A stretch of 63,718 bases of DNA, filler included, from Octopus bimaculoides (lineage: Eukaryota): assembly GCF_001194135.2 (NCBI RefSeq). It is 7 parts of 7 records of this genome, joined end to end, with 100 filler letters (N's around TTAATTAATTAA, not from the genome) between each part and the next. Parts side by side here need not be neighbours in the genome. Positions count along the whole stretch, not along the records: positions 1 to 11,675 come from NC_068994.1; positions 11,776 to 18,693 come from NC_068989.1; positions 18,794 to 27,586 come from NC_068991.1; 4 more parts are not named here. The stretch is one strand, 5' to 3'. The translations under genes were made by a program, and so were the position numbers. Shown here in pieces: positions 10,239 to 23,400 of the stretch (its first letter is position 1; the number at the start of each line of letters is the position of its first letter). The notes under the pieces were generated by a model. That model searched no databases. It had not been told where the DNA came from and saw nothing but the letters and a program-made list of their open reading frames with translations.

Positions 10239-12484
10239 TGTATGTATGTGCAATATTAAAGATTCAGATGAATCAAATACTTAAATGATAGGCACCAGGT
10301 TGGGTCGAATTTACTTGTAAACAGCACCTTTAATCAAATAAATATAATAGGTACCGAAGTACATCCAGTGAAATATTCATGCTATGTATACAGGAAATTG
10401 GTATTTTAATAGCCTACGGACTAATCCAAAAGTGTACGTTGTATTGGTCGTACAGTGTTTAGTATGCTCCAGAATATCTGACGGATCGGGATTCCAGTGA
10501 GGAGTATTATGAACGATTCGAATAGATAACAAACGATGGATACGCGTCACTTCACTACAGCTGTTTCCAACGGATTTCTTTAATAGATTAATGAGTACAT
10601 TACATCATAACCAAAAGAAACCCACTTTCTTCACACGATGTATAACATTTCAAACAATTTAAGAATAACATTTTACCGCAGTGGCGAGCCGAACTTGATT
10701 CCATCCAAGGCTGGTCTGGAAAGCTGGGAAGACATTAAGAGGTTAGTTAGCGGGTAGGGCGTTCAAATGATTTATTGCTTCAGGGTTAGTGAGCATGTTA
10801 AGTGTGGGGGAGAGAAAAGAGCCAAGCAGTCTAGTTCGTTATCAACAACCCGAAAGATAATGTTTGAGTTAACTATATATGTATTTCCCTGCTACTCATT
10901 CTATTAGATTTGATTTTATTCCAGAGAGGGGTGAAACTAAGATAAAGGGTATATAAGGTAATTAAACATACAATAAATGTACAAGAAAAGCTTATTTAAA
11001 ATTAAAAAGAAATAACTCAACAATAGGTTCAGGGTTATAACTGGAGAGGGTGGTGACAATAATGAGAGTGGGAAATACCTAAATGGTATAGATGAGATTA
11101 TATAAATTATGGAAATATCGATATAGAAGCAATAATAATTCATAATAAGTAACAACAATAATAAGGATCATACATCAATTATCAGGATGCTTAGAGGTAG
11201 TTGTACACTAAACGAAAACATAACAAAATTAATACAGGGGAATAATACGATGAACTCAGAAATGATATGAAGCAGAATAAGGGGTTTATGAAAACGCTGA
11301 TAATTAAAACCAATAATCAAAGATTGGTAGTGTCTTGCGCGATGATTTTTTAGAGTCGGGTATAAGAGGTAAGATACCAATAGAAATCCATTACTTAATG
11401 TGGCCTTTTATCCTTGCATTCATTAAGAAATCCGTTGGAAACAGCTGTAATGAGGTATATATACAGAGCAAGACAGACAGACAGACGGAGAAAGAGGGGA
11501 TAGAGACATTTATACACACACACACACACAAGTAAGCACATAAATGCAAAACAAGGTGGAAGAATTGTACTAAAAAACCAAAGGTAGAGTAATATATTAT
11601 TTATTTCATGGTAATGTGAAGCACTGAGTGATGATTTTTTCAGCTTTAATAAATAGTATATATATATATATATATNNNNNNNNNNNNNNNNNNNNNNNNN
11701 NNNNNNNNNNNNNNNNNNNTTAATTAATTAANNNNNNNNNNNNNNNNNNNNNNNNNNNNNNNNNNNNNNNNNNNNACACACACACACACACACAAACACG
11801 CACACACACACACACACACACACAGAGTAACACACACACACACAGGGTAACACACACACAAACTGAATTTTATAGATACCGTGTTTACGCAGAGCAGGTA
11901 GAAAAAGAGGTATACCACACTAACAATGATTAATGTAGGTTACTCATTACCTATTTCAACTTTTCATGGCATAGAAATGATTAAGAGTGAATTGAGGAAC
12001 ACATAAGTCTGCGTTACTCCTTCACAGAACAATAGGCTGTATGGCTAAGGGTGAATTGTAGATTAGATTTCGAACCTAAAGTAGGACCCATATACAAGTA
12101 GAAATAGTCACATCGGATTTAAATGTGAAATATCGAGTGTACTCTAGCTAATTTTATTAGGTCCCTTCCACGAACAATTATTTGAATAACTGATGTCGAT
12201 ACCTTTAACTTATGTCACGGGAATATTGAACTTTAAAATTTATAAAGTTTATCGTATAAATTGGAAGATATCATACAGTGTATAATGGTGTGTCTGTATA
12301 AACACCATTCGATATTTAGAAACTTTAGTGTTTCATTATCATAATTAATGCACAACATTAACCACCCGCAAAAAATACAATATCATACAAATATCAACAC
12401 TGTGCACACATTCACACGTATGCACACACACGAACCACAAACACACATACACAACCTGTGTAATATGCAGCGCTAAAAATATTC

Positions 12485-12830
12485 AGGGTGTCCATGAATT
12501 ACCGTTACAAGCTTTATTAGAAACATCAGATCACTTCCAAGTTGTCTCCATTGGTTGCACACAACCTGCTGAATATTCTTGTATATGGACACTCTGTACA
12601 ACAACCCACTGTTTTGCTAAACTTCTATGCATGCACTTATGATTTGTTCCTTGATTATATGAGTTCAATCATTCTATCATTTGGACTCATGAAAAATATG
12701 AGGTCTCTGCGAGGCATTTGCTACTAATAAACTTCATATCGCGTGATTGTGTCGCTACAGAAATGAAGTCGAATTCGCTAGTCTGAAATATATACAGATA
12801 GTGTAGAAACTATCTGCTGGTTTGCAATGG
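12485..12830 (-). mobile_element. Very decayed Tc1/mariner-like remnant
   Basis: CAGGGTGTCC-type terminus. The minus strand reads RLCATNGDNLEVI*, resembling a transposase C-terminus. Confidence 0.4.
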
Positions 12831-13519
12831 CGTCGCATAAGCAGAATATATTCGAATTGAGCAATAGAAGAAGCTCTATAATATAAAGATTATCAATACA
12901 ACATACTTAACATATGTGTTTTGTTTTAAATGCTATGCTAGAAGCTGTAGTTTTGCGTCCATAAAATTACCTTTAAAGATTACACTCTAGACAAATAGAT
13001 TCGATTTTGTTTCGGATGTGACGTGAGTACGTGGCATACATGATAAGCTACAGCTACGGCAAAAAAGGTATCTGAATGGTTTCGCGACTACTTTAGGGGC
13101 GACTTCGTTTCGCCTAGCTTTGATGTAAAGTGTGCTTTTAGGCACGATATGTCTTTAAAAAGATTTTTCCGAACGAAAAAACTGAAGTTTACGACGTTTA
13201 AACAATGCACACAAGTTAAGCAATACCTACAAGTTTGGTAGTCAAAATAAGATTGAAAGAACTAAAAACAGGAATATAGACTTTGAATCAGTTTGATAAG
13301 TACAATGCACAGAACCTCGGGCCTTCAGTCACTTTGTAGCTTCAGCCGATTATATATATATATATNNNNNNNNNNNNNNNNNNNNNNNNNNNNNNNNNNN
13401 NNNNNNNNNNNNNNNNNNNNNNNNNNNNNNNNNNNNNNNNNNNNNNNNNNNNNNNNNNNNNNNNNNNNNNNNNNNNNNNNNNNNNNNNNNNNNNNNNNNN
13501 NNNNNNNNNNNNNTATATA

Positions 13520-13900
13520 TATAGAATATAAATAATATATAAATATATGCATATATGCATACATATATGTACATACCTACATATATATGTATATATACAT
13601 GCATATATGGGTACAGGACATCAAAAATCGTACACAGACTGAACAACGAGAACATAAAAAACAAAAACATAGAAAACGAACTTTTTTTTCGAACAACGAA
13701 AAAATAAACAAACAGAAAAACGAGACACGCAACATAAAGAACATTCCCTTCATCAGTTTTCCCCTGTTTTATCTTCTCTGCGTTTCAAAGGTATGGAAAG
13801 ACGCGACTTCGTTAAAACAGTCCTTCCCGCAAAGCAAATTAAATAAAATTTGGGATTTTTTTCGGAGAGTGAAAGTGGTAACAAAAACATGACAGTGAGA
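13520..13900 (-). repeat. Unclassified dispersed repeat, with other copies at ~51095-51350 and ~51700-52140 (+)
   Basis: Shared ACTGATGAAGGGAA(A)T(A/G)TTCTTTATGTTGC...GATGTCCTGTACCCATATATGCATG followed by a conserved TA-rich tail. Confidence 0.85.
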
Positions 13901-15414
13901 TCAAAGCTGTAAAAGCAAACGGTGAGGGCTGTTAATCTAAGACGATGTGAAGTGGTGAACGCTGGAAAAACGAGCTTTGAGAAGAGACAAATAAAGCACG
14001 TCTTGTCTTTAGGAAGGAAGTGGAAGATAGAAAGAATGGCCGTTGGTCACGTGTGAGCAACGAAAGAGTCAAGGAGGAAGAGTGAGAGAAAGAGAGAGGG
14101 GGAGTGGTGAAGGGGAGAGGAGAACCTAAATTATTTGAACCTTACAAAGATTAGACACAAATCAAGCAACACGTTCTTGAAAATAACAATATGCCTACAT
14201 CCTAAAATGGTGGTCTTTAGATAGGACGCTAGCTTATAACAATCACATGCTTTCTCTAGTCTTTGCACAACGGAAAACTATTGATACTGAAACATCAGAC
14301 CTCAATATTGAACATTCACACAAAGTTATTTTCTTCATGCTCAACGTAAACGAAAAGAGCCAAACAAGCCTTATTGACATCTCATTAGGATTAACATGAA
14401 ATCCCAACAGAACATACATTTCCTTTTCATTTTCACATTCATCAGTGTTTTGTACATTGTAATAGAATTAGAATGGCCTCATTTCCTTAATAAATTAATA
14501 AATACTTACACAGAAACGTTAATGATAACACAGCAGGTGATATATGAACTCCCCGCTGAACATGAATTTCGTTTTTCATCTCGGTTTCCTGTTCCCTTTT
14601 CTCTTCAAATAGTTTTGTCTCTTTAAATAGTAATAACGTACGAATGATTCTTTTTTAATAAATACCCGTAGCAACCTATATGTTGCAACCTCAGTAGAGA
14701 TATGAAGGTGTACACATGCGCACACACGCATACGCACACGTACACACACACACAAATATATATGATATATATATAATATATATATATTCTTTATATTATG
14801 AAGATTATATAAAGAAAGAAAGAACACAAATGAGTTGAAGTTCATTACAGGTACTTCAGGTGTGTTTTTCATTGTTGAATATACCGTTAACATCCTAATG
14901 AAAAAAATCCTTTTAATAAGGTGAATTAAAAGTTAAAATAAAAAATTAGGTTCAGAAAAATATCAAGATATTGAATGTGTGATGACCCTCTTATTTTAGG
15001 AATAAGTGACACAATGAATCTGTACCGAAGCATAGTCATATATAATATAGGTAATGGTCATAAAGTCGTAAACAGAGAAGGCAACTGTGTTCAATTGACA
15101 GCGAAGGTAAAGCTTAAGAAGATGACATGAAGAAAAAGAATAGCAGAATAAAGTATTAAGGAAGGCAAAGAGAAATCTATTCACACGTATATGGTAATCT
15201 CGACCCTGACTATCATTACATATATGCCTTCATTCTATATAACACGTGGAAGCAATTTCTGTATATTTTCATAGTTTCTTGTGTAGTTTTCTGTCAGTCA
15301 AGAAATGCATCAATATATATATACATATACATATATGTCTGTGGTCCTGTATACACACAGGCACACACACACTCACATACATACATATATTTATATATAT
15401 ACACATCCACACAC

Positions 15415-15528
<114 letters not shown>

Positions 15529-15995
15529 CATAATGAAAAAGACCAAGACTGGACGGAGGATTAAACCAGGTGTTTCCACTAATGTTGCTAGAAACCTCTT
15601 GATGCAAATTTGTCGTATTACCCTAGAATTCAATTCTTTAATCTCCATAACGTCAATATTTACTCCTACTCAAATAACATCACTTCCAGCATTGCAACAC
15701 TGCAGCATGACAGAATCAAACACACACCAACTGAATCACCACCTCACACCCTTAAACTTTAACTTCCAAAATTTCACAAACCGTTCATTGGGAAGATCTA
15801 GTCCGATGACATCACGAGACACTTCCTGGGCATATCAGTCAACGATTCTAAGGGAAAACATGCATTCTTTCAAGTGCAAATCATGAAAATTCCACCTCCG
15901 TATCCTACCCAATTTGAGACACCGGAATCAAGAAAATGATCTTTTTCCGATCACAACGTAGCATTTTTTTTCTTCTTTTAACTGTAAAATATATA

Positions 15996-16531
15996 GAAGG
16001 TGTCTCAGAATTAACTATCAAATCTAGTGAAATCGGACAATTTTTTCAAAAACTCGCCTTTTTTAATGTTTATCATGTGTAATATGTGTTAAAAGTGGAT
16101 AAATTATTAATTTTGTTTATAATTTTATAACCTTTTTTATAATTTTATTTTCACTCGTGTTCGATCCCGCTTATCTGTTCACGATAACTTTTTTTTTTTT
16201 TTTTTCAATTTGGCTGCAATCGTTTTCTATATCCCTATTACCAGAATGGAGCAATAGTTTAGCTTAAAGAACTTAAAGAACTCATTCAGTTAGCAGTGCA
16301 GGAAAAAACTCCTGAAATGCTTCAAAAGGTGTTTCGCAATGCTAAGGATAAATTTGAAACTTGTAGGGATACAAACGGAGCACATGTTGAAAATTCTTAA
16401 TTAAGTTTTGACGTAAATTTTATAAAACTATTTGTTTTGGTATAATAATTAAGTATTAATCATAAAATTCTGTCAGTCTTTTATTTTAATTTTGCCCGAT
16501 TTCATTGAAATAGTTAATTTTGGAACATCCT
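15996..16531 (+). mobile_element. Internally deleted Tc1/mariner element with degenerate TIRs
   Basis: GAAGGTGTCTCAGAATTAACTAT..GAAATCGGACAATT matches the reverse complement of TTGCCCGATTTC..ATAGTTAATTTTGGAACATCC. C-terminal TPEMLQKVFRNAKDKFETCRDTNGAHVENS*. Confidence 0.7.
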
Positions 16532-17563
16532 ATATATTTGATAACCAAAATTCATTTAATTTGTGACTTCTCTCACTGGTGAAACCAGATGATCACTAAT
16601 TGAAATTCGTTGCTTCGAATACGAAAGTAAGTCGATATCTATACATTTATTTTATTGTATGTTCCATTTCTTTTAATCATTTTTTTTTACCAATGTTTAT
16701 AATAGATTCAAAGAATTAAATCTGTAAAATAACAATATATCATTGTTTTGAAAGTGTATCTAGATGAGAGCGATGACAATTTACGTATCCACAGATTTAA
16801 GAGAAAATCTAGAATAGGAAACGGGAATGTATTTGTTTTTACTCGCAAGTGTTTAGTGTCATATTACGTTCCTTTATGAAAATTGCAACTGGAATGAAAA
16901 GGTAAAAAGAAAAAGAAAATATTGAAATTGGTATTATATTATAATATAATCATAGTTTTAGAGGTTAAATTTATTTCGATAATTTTGAAGAGATCAGTTT
17001 ACGTGTATTGGATTCACATTGTAGAGATTTAGGATTTTTATTATAGCTCATTAATTTTTGCAAGCTGTCAGCACTCAGTGTTAAGAAGAAAAAAATATCG
17101 GCAACATTAAAAAAGAATATTTGAATTTTGGTTTTATCCTTTTGAACATTAATGAGAATTTACCTATATGAGTGTTATGCAAAAAGATATCTGAAAATGA
17201 TGCAATGAAGTATTCAAGTAAGAAACATCATAAATGCTTAATCTTTTTTTTTTTTTTTATTTTAGATTGATTTGGAAAATGGTTTACCTTAATATCATTC
17301 TAAATTCTCAAGTCACCGTCTCATACTGATCTTGAAGTGCAATGAAAGCGCTTATCACAATAAATCCTTCAACATAGCAGGAAAAAATGAGAAAGAGAAA
17401 AAACAGATGACTGCTTTATAAGATTGACGAGGTGGTTATTATATCAATTATAAACGAGGTCATAAAACTGTTATGAAGAAGGACTGCGAATCTGCTCTTA
17501 AAGCTAATTCTTCAGAGGATCAAGACAGGTTTTCTTCATATTAATTACTTGTTACTTTCTGAA

Positions 17564-17941
17564 CGGAGGCGCAATGGCCCAGTGGTTAGGGCAGCGGACT
17601 CGCGGTCATAGGATCGCGGTTTCGATTCCCAGATCGGGCGTTGTGAGTGTTTATTGAGCGAAAACACCTAAAGCTCCACAAGGCTCCGGCAGGGGATGGT
17701 GGCGAACGCTGCTGTACGATTTCACCACAACTTTCTCTCACTCTTACTTCCTGTTTCTGTTGTGCCTGTAATTCAAAGCCTTGTCACACTGTGTCACGCT
17801 GAATATCCCCGAGAACTACGTTAAGGGTACACGTGTCTGTGGAGTGCTCAACCACTTGCACGTTAATTTCACGAGCAGGCTGTTCCGTTGATCGAATCAA
17901 CTGGAACCCTCGACGTCGTAAGCGACGGAGTGCCAACAACA
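17564..17941 (+). mobile_element. Full-length tRNA-derived SINE, family B, with a 10-bp TSD ACTTTCTGAA
   Basis: A-box TGGCCCAGTGGTTAGG, B-box GGTTTCGATTCCC and a (CAA)n tail. TSD at 17554-17563 and 17942-17951. Confidence 0.92.
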
Positions 17942-17974
17942 ACTTTCTGAATACCTCTAAGTACTTAGTTCGAC

Positions 17975-18130
17975 TCTTTACGTTATGAGTTCAAATTCCA
18001 CCGAGGTCGACTTTGGCTTTCATCCTTGCGGGGTCAATAAAATAAGTACCAGTTGAGCACTGGGGTTGATGTAATCGACTAGTTCCTTCCCACCAAATTT
18101 CAGGCCTTGTGCCTTTAGTAGAAAGGATTA
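17975..18130 (+). mobile_element. Family-A SINE, 5'-truncated
   Basis: TTACGTTATGAGTTCAAATTCCACCGAGGTCGACTTTGG...GAAAGGATTATT. Confidence 0.85.
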
Positions 18131-18794
18131 TTATACAAATCATAAATGAGGTCATAAAAACTGTTATCAAGGTCTATGAGTATACTCTTAAAGCTAATTC
18201 CTCAGAGGATCAATACAGGTCTCCTCCATATTAATTGCTTGTTGCTTTCTGAATACCTTTAAGTATTTAAGCTACGACTCTTTACGTTCTGAGTTCAAAT
18301 CATGACATAACCAATTATACCTGGGTGGGAAAATAAAGCGCTATTCAAGTGCTGGCGTCGATTTAATTAACTATATCCTTTCCCTCGAAGTTCATATAGA
18401 AACAATTGAATGGGAACACAAGACATTAAACAATGATTTTATGAATATCCACGTTGCTTACATTCTCCATCGAATTCTTTCCGCAAATCTCTGATATTTC
18501 TAAACTATGTAACTGTGAAAAGGAGCGATAAACGGTAAGTGTATGCTAAGGTCAACTGATTTAATAGTTTGGCAAACCCTGATAGAGTATATCGTTGATT
18601 TTGTGACGCATATATTTGTTCGATTACTGTTAAAGCTTATATATATATATATATATATAGCGAAGGCGCATGGCATAAGGAGATAACAAACGCNNNNNNN
18701 NNNNNNNNNNNNNNNNNNNNNNNNNNNNNNNNNNNNNTTAATTAATTAANNNNNNNNNNNNNNNNNNNNNNNNNNNNNNNNNNNNNNNNNNNNT

Positions 18795-19392
18795 TATGTG
18801 CCACCTGCACAGGAGCCAGTCCAGCGGCACTGGCAATAACCTCGCTCAAATGTCTTTTCACGTGCCACTGGCACAAGTGCCAGGAAGGCAATGCTGGTAG
18901 CGATTATGCTCAAATTTACGTGCCACTGGTGCAGAAGCCAGACAGCTGCTCTGGCAACGATCACACTTGGACAGTGCTCTTAGCGCTCCACAGGTACAGG
19001 TGCCATCACGATTTAGCTTTCACTTGCCCCAACAGGTCTTCGCAAGCCGAGTTTAGTGTCCAATGAAGGAGACGTTGGCATGGGTGCCAGTTGTCGAATT
19101 TAGTTCGATTTCGATTTCACTTCGCTCAACAGGTCTTCGCAAGCGGAGTCTAGTGTCCAATGAAGGAAAGGTATGCATAAGTGGACTGGCTACACCCCTG
19201 GCAGACGACTCGAATTATGGTCTCACTTGGCTTGCTGGGTCTTCTCACACATAGCATATTTCCAAAGGTCTCGGTCACAAGTCATTGCCTCAGTGAGGCC
19301 TAATGTTCGAAGGTTGTGCTTCACCACCTCATCCCAGGTCTTCCTGGGTCTACCTCTTCCACAGGTTCCCTCAACCGCTAGGGTGTGGCACA
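18795..19392 (-). mobile_element. RTE LINE 3' fragment (ORF end plus 3' UTR)
   Basis: Colinear with 20590-21240. The minus strand reads GRGRPRKTWDEVVKH. Confidence 0.85.
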
Positions 19393-19443
19393 TATATAAA
19401 TGTTTATATACATAAATATATGTGATAATTATTCGGTTGCCAT

Positions 19444-19504
19444 AATAAAACTCCGAGTTTCGGATGTCGGGGCAGAAACCTGCCTTGGCATTTTTTCAGT
19501 TATC
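19444..19504 (-). ncRNA. Type I hammerhead motif H6, left arm (G8>A)
   Basis: GATAA CTGAAAA AATG..GGCAG-GTTT-CTGCC..CATCC GAAA CTCGGAG TT TTATT. Confidence 0.55.
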
Positions 19505-20041
19505 GATGTAATCAAAATATGCTATGAAAATGACCGTTAAACAAAGGGAAATTACTATGTAATTGACCGTTATTAAGACAAAAAAGCTATCAGAATGACC
19601 GTTAAGTAAGGGAAAAAAACCGAAGGGGAGGAAGTAAAAAGTAAAGGAGTAAAAATGTTCAAGAAATCACGTATGCGTGCATGTGCATACATACATACAC
19701 ATGAGTGCCCACACACCCATGAATATGTGCCTATATACATATGCTCACTCATACTCGCATCAAACACACACGTGCACCCATGCATGCACATATACATATC
19801 CACACACGCGTGCACATACACACTTGTGCACATTCCCATACCCGCACACACGCTCGAGTATACAAATGTATATCTGCACATACATGATTGCTTGAGCATT
19901 TTTACTCCTTTACTTCTTCCCCTTCAGTTTTCTCCCTTATTTAACGGTCATTCTAATAGCTCTTTTATCTTAATAATGGTCAATTATATAGTAATTTCCC
20001 TTTGTTTAACGGTCATTTTCATAGTATATTTTGATTGCCTC

Positions 20042-20107
20042 GATAACTGAAGAGATGCCAGTGCAGGTTTCTGCGCCGCGCCGACATCTGAAACTCGGAG
20101 CTTTATT
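20042..20107 (+). ncRNA. Type I hammerhead motif H6, right arm (U16.1>C)
   Basis: GATAA CTGAAGA GATG...CATCT GAAA CTCGGAG CT TTATT. Confidence 0.55.
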
Positions 20108-20226
20108 ATGGCAACCGAATAACTGTCACATATTTATTACAGATAAATTCCTCTATTTACATAATATCGAGGTCTCTTTCATTATTTTGTTATCTTAAAA
20201 TTACTATCAATATATATGTATACATG

Positions 20227-20287
<61 letters not shown>

Positions 20288-20409
20288 TTGTAAATATATA
20301 TATGTACATGTGTATATATATATATGTATATGTATATATACATATATATCTATACATATGTATATATAACATATATCTATATGCATATGTGTATATATAT
20401 ATATATATA

Positions 20410-23400
20410 TATCATCGTCATCATCGTTTAACATCCGCCCTCAATGCTAGCATGGGTTGGACGATTTGACTGAGGACTGGCAAGCCAGAAGGCTGCACCA
20501 GGCTCCAATCTGAGCTGGCGGAGTTTCTACAGCTGGATGCCCTTCCTAACGCCAACCACTCCAAGAATGTAGTGGGTGCTTTTATGTGCCACTGGCACGA
20601 GGGCCAGTCACACGATACTGGCAACGGCCACACTCAAAATGGTGTTTTTTGCATGCCACCTGCATGGTAGCCAGTCCAGCAACACTGGCAATGACCTCGC
20701 TCGAATGATTTTCTAATGTGCCACCAGCACAAGTGCTAGAAGTTGATGCTGGTAACGATTACGCTCAAATGGTGCAATTTACGGGCCACTAGCACAGAAG
20801 CCAGACAGCTGCTCTGACAATGAACACGCTTGGACAGTGCTGTTAGTGCTCCACTGGCGCAGGTGCCAGTCATCGAATATGGTTGAATTACGATTTCGAT
20901 TTCACTTGCCCCAACAGGTCTTCACAAACAGAGTTTAGTGTCCAATGAAGGAGAGGTTGGCATGGGTGCCAGTCATTGGATTCGGCTCGATTTCAGATTT
21001 CGAATTCACTTGCCTCAACAGGTCTCCACAAGCAGAGATTAGTGAGCTGGCTACCTTACTGGGAGAGGCCACAGATTATGCTCTCACTTGGCTTGTGGGG
21101 TCTTCTCACGCATAGCATATTTCCAAAGGTCTTGGTCACAAGTCATTGCCTCGGTGAGGCCTAATGTTTGAAGGTTGTGCTTCACCACCTCATCCCAGGT
21201 CTACCTCTTCCACAAGTTTCCTCAACTGCTGGGGTGTGACACTTTTTCACACAGCTATCCTCATCCATTCTTGCCACATGTCCATACCAGCGCAATCATC
21301 TCTCTTGCACACCACAACTGATGCTTCTGAGGTCTAACTTTTCTCTCAAGGTACTTACACTCTCTCGAGTATGCACACTGACATTACACATTCATCGGAG
21401 CATACTGGCTTCGTTTCTTGCGAGCTTACACAAGTCCTTAGCAGTCATGGCCCACGTTTCACTGCCATGTAGCATGTCTGTTCATACACATGCGTCATAC
21501 AGTCTGCCTTTTACTCTGAGTGAGAGGCCCTTTGTCACCAGCAGAGGTAGGAGCTCTCTAAACTTTGCCCAGGCTATTCTTATTCTAGCAGCTACACTTT
21601 CAGTGTAACCTCCCCCGCTACAAACTTGGTCACCTATGTAGCGGAAGCTATCAACTACTTCTAGTTTTTCTCCCTGGAGTGTGGCAAAAATTGTTTTCTG
21701 CACATTTTCAGTGTTTATTGCTCCTGAGTATCTGCCACATACAAAGAGTTTCTACCTACACCTTTTCTACAGATTGAGCAGGGCCATCTACTTGAAGGTG
21801 TCTGTGTTTTGTCTGCCTTCCTACTTATTAGGACTTTGGTTTTAGCTAGGTTGACTCTAAGGCCCTTCGATTCTAGTCCTTGCTTCCACACCTGAAACTT
21901 CTCCTCTAGTTCTGATAGTGACTCAGCAATTAAGGCAAGGTCATCAGCATAGAGGAGCTCCCAGGGGCATCCCGTCTTGAATTCCTGTGTTATTGCCTGG
22001 AGGACTATGATAAATAAGAGGGGGATGAGGACTGAACCTTGGTGGACCCCTACCTCTACCTGGAATTCTTCACTGTACTCATTGCCAACCCTCACCTTAC
22101 TGACAGCGTCTCTGTACATGGCTTGCACAGCTCTCAATAAACACTCATCTATCCCTGGTTTCGTCATTGACCACCAGATAAGGGATTGGGGGCCCCTGTC
22201 AAAGGCTTTCTCCATGTCAATGAAAGTGAGGTACAGAGGTTTATCTTTCGCTAGGTATTTCTCCTACAGCTGTCTTACCAGAAATATAGCATCCCTGGAA
22301 CGAACCCAAACTGCATCTCATCTGACTCTCTTCCTAATTTGTTGGGCTATGACTCTCTCGGTGACCTTCATTATCTTGTCCAACAACTTGATACCTCTGT
22401 AATTGTTTGTGTCTAAAGCATCACCTTCGTGTATCACCTGATTAACTATACGGGTGACTAGGCTATAGCCGACACCGCCAGATATTTCGAGCATCTCTGC
22501 AGGGATTCCTGATGGACCAGGGGCTTTCCCTATCATCATACTCTTCATCGCTTTATCTACCAAGGTACTGTCAATTAGGATAGCTGGTCTCTCTGTTGAG
22601 TCGACATGCAGCAGACTCTCTTCCTCTCATTCATTCTCTTTATTAAGCAGCTTTTCATAGTGGCGTCTCCAGACCTCTCTCTTTGCAGCCTCGTTTAGTG
22701 CAAGTGTGCCATCATCCATGTGGACACATTTCTCTCCTACGACATCATGATTCTCTCTCACACACTGTCTTGCAGCATGAAATACTTCAAGTCTGTGGTC
22801 TTCACAGCGCAGAACATTGGCAAATTTTTTCTTATCTGCTTCCCCTCTGGCTAAGTAAACCTGTCTTCTAGCTTCCTTTCTGGCATCTGATACAATTCCC
22901 TGCTACCTCCGTTCTTCCAGTCCTTCCAAGCCTGTTTCTTTTGTCTAATAGCCCTGTCAACAACATTGTTCCACCACCACATTACTTGAGGTCAACAGGG
23001 GACTTTGCACCAGCCACAGATCTGGTCGGTGGCTCTCAGCAAGTTGTCCAGTAGAAACCTCCAATTGTCTTCCACGTTGTGTGATGCTATATCCCCTTCT
23101 ATTTCGTCAAATGCTTCGAGTAAGACATTTCTAAATCTCTGTCCATTTGCAGGATCTTTAAGCTTCCAGACCCTTCTCCTCCAAGCTGGTCTACTTCTGG
23201 GCATCCATTTAGCCCTGATCCCGAAATCGCTAACTACTAATCTATGTTGAGGGGTAAATTCTTTGCTTGGGAAGGTTTTGGCATTTATAAGCAGCCTTCT
23301 TTCCCTTTTTCGGGCGAGGATGTAGTCAATTTGGCTAGTGTGTCTACCAGAACGGTAGGTGACTAGGTGACTGCCGGGTTTCCTGAAGTTGGTATTGCAA

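Larger units (their letters stand above)
19412..20137. repeat. Head-to-head palindrome P6 (arms ~19412-19680 and ~19872-20137) around a CA-rich spacer
   Basis: ATTCGGTTGCCATAATAAAACTCCGAGTTTCGGATGTCGG matches the reverse complement CCGACATCTGAAACTCGGAGCTTTATTATGGCAACCGAAT. Confidence 0.92.

Noticed and set aside
17564-17640. SINE heads as tRNA genes
   Set aside because: A and B boxes are present, but there is no complete cloverleaf and they continue into SINE bodies with tails and TSDs.
20584-20870. Regularly spaced palindromic repeats as a CRISPR-like array
   Set aside because: The whole ~65-bp unit is homologous (no unique spacers), it lies in a LINE 3' UTR, and there are no cas genes.
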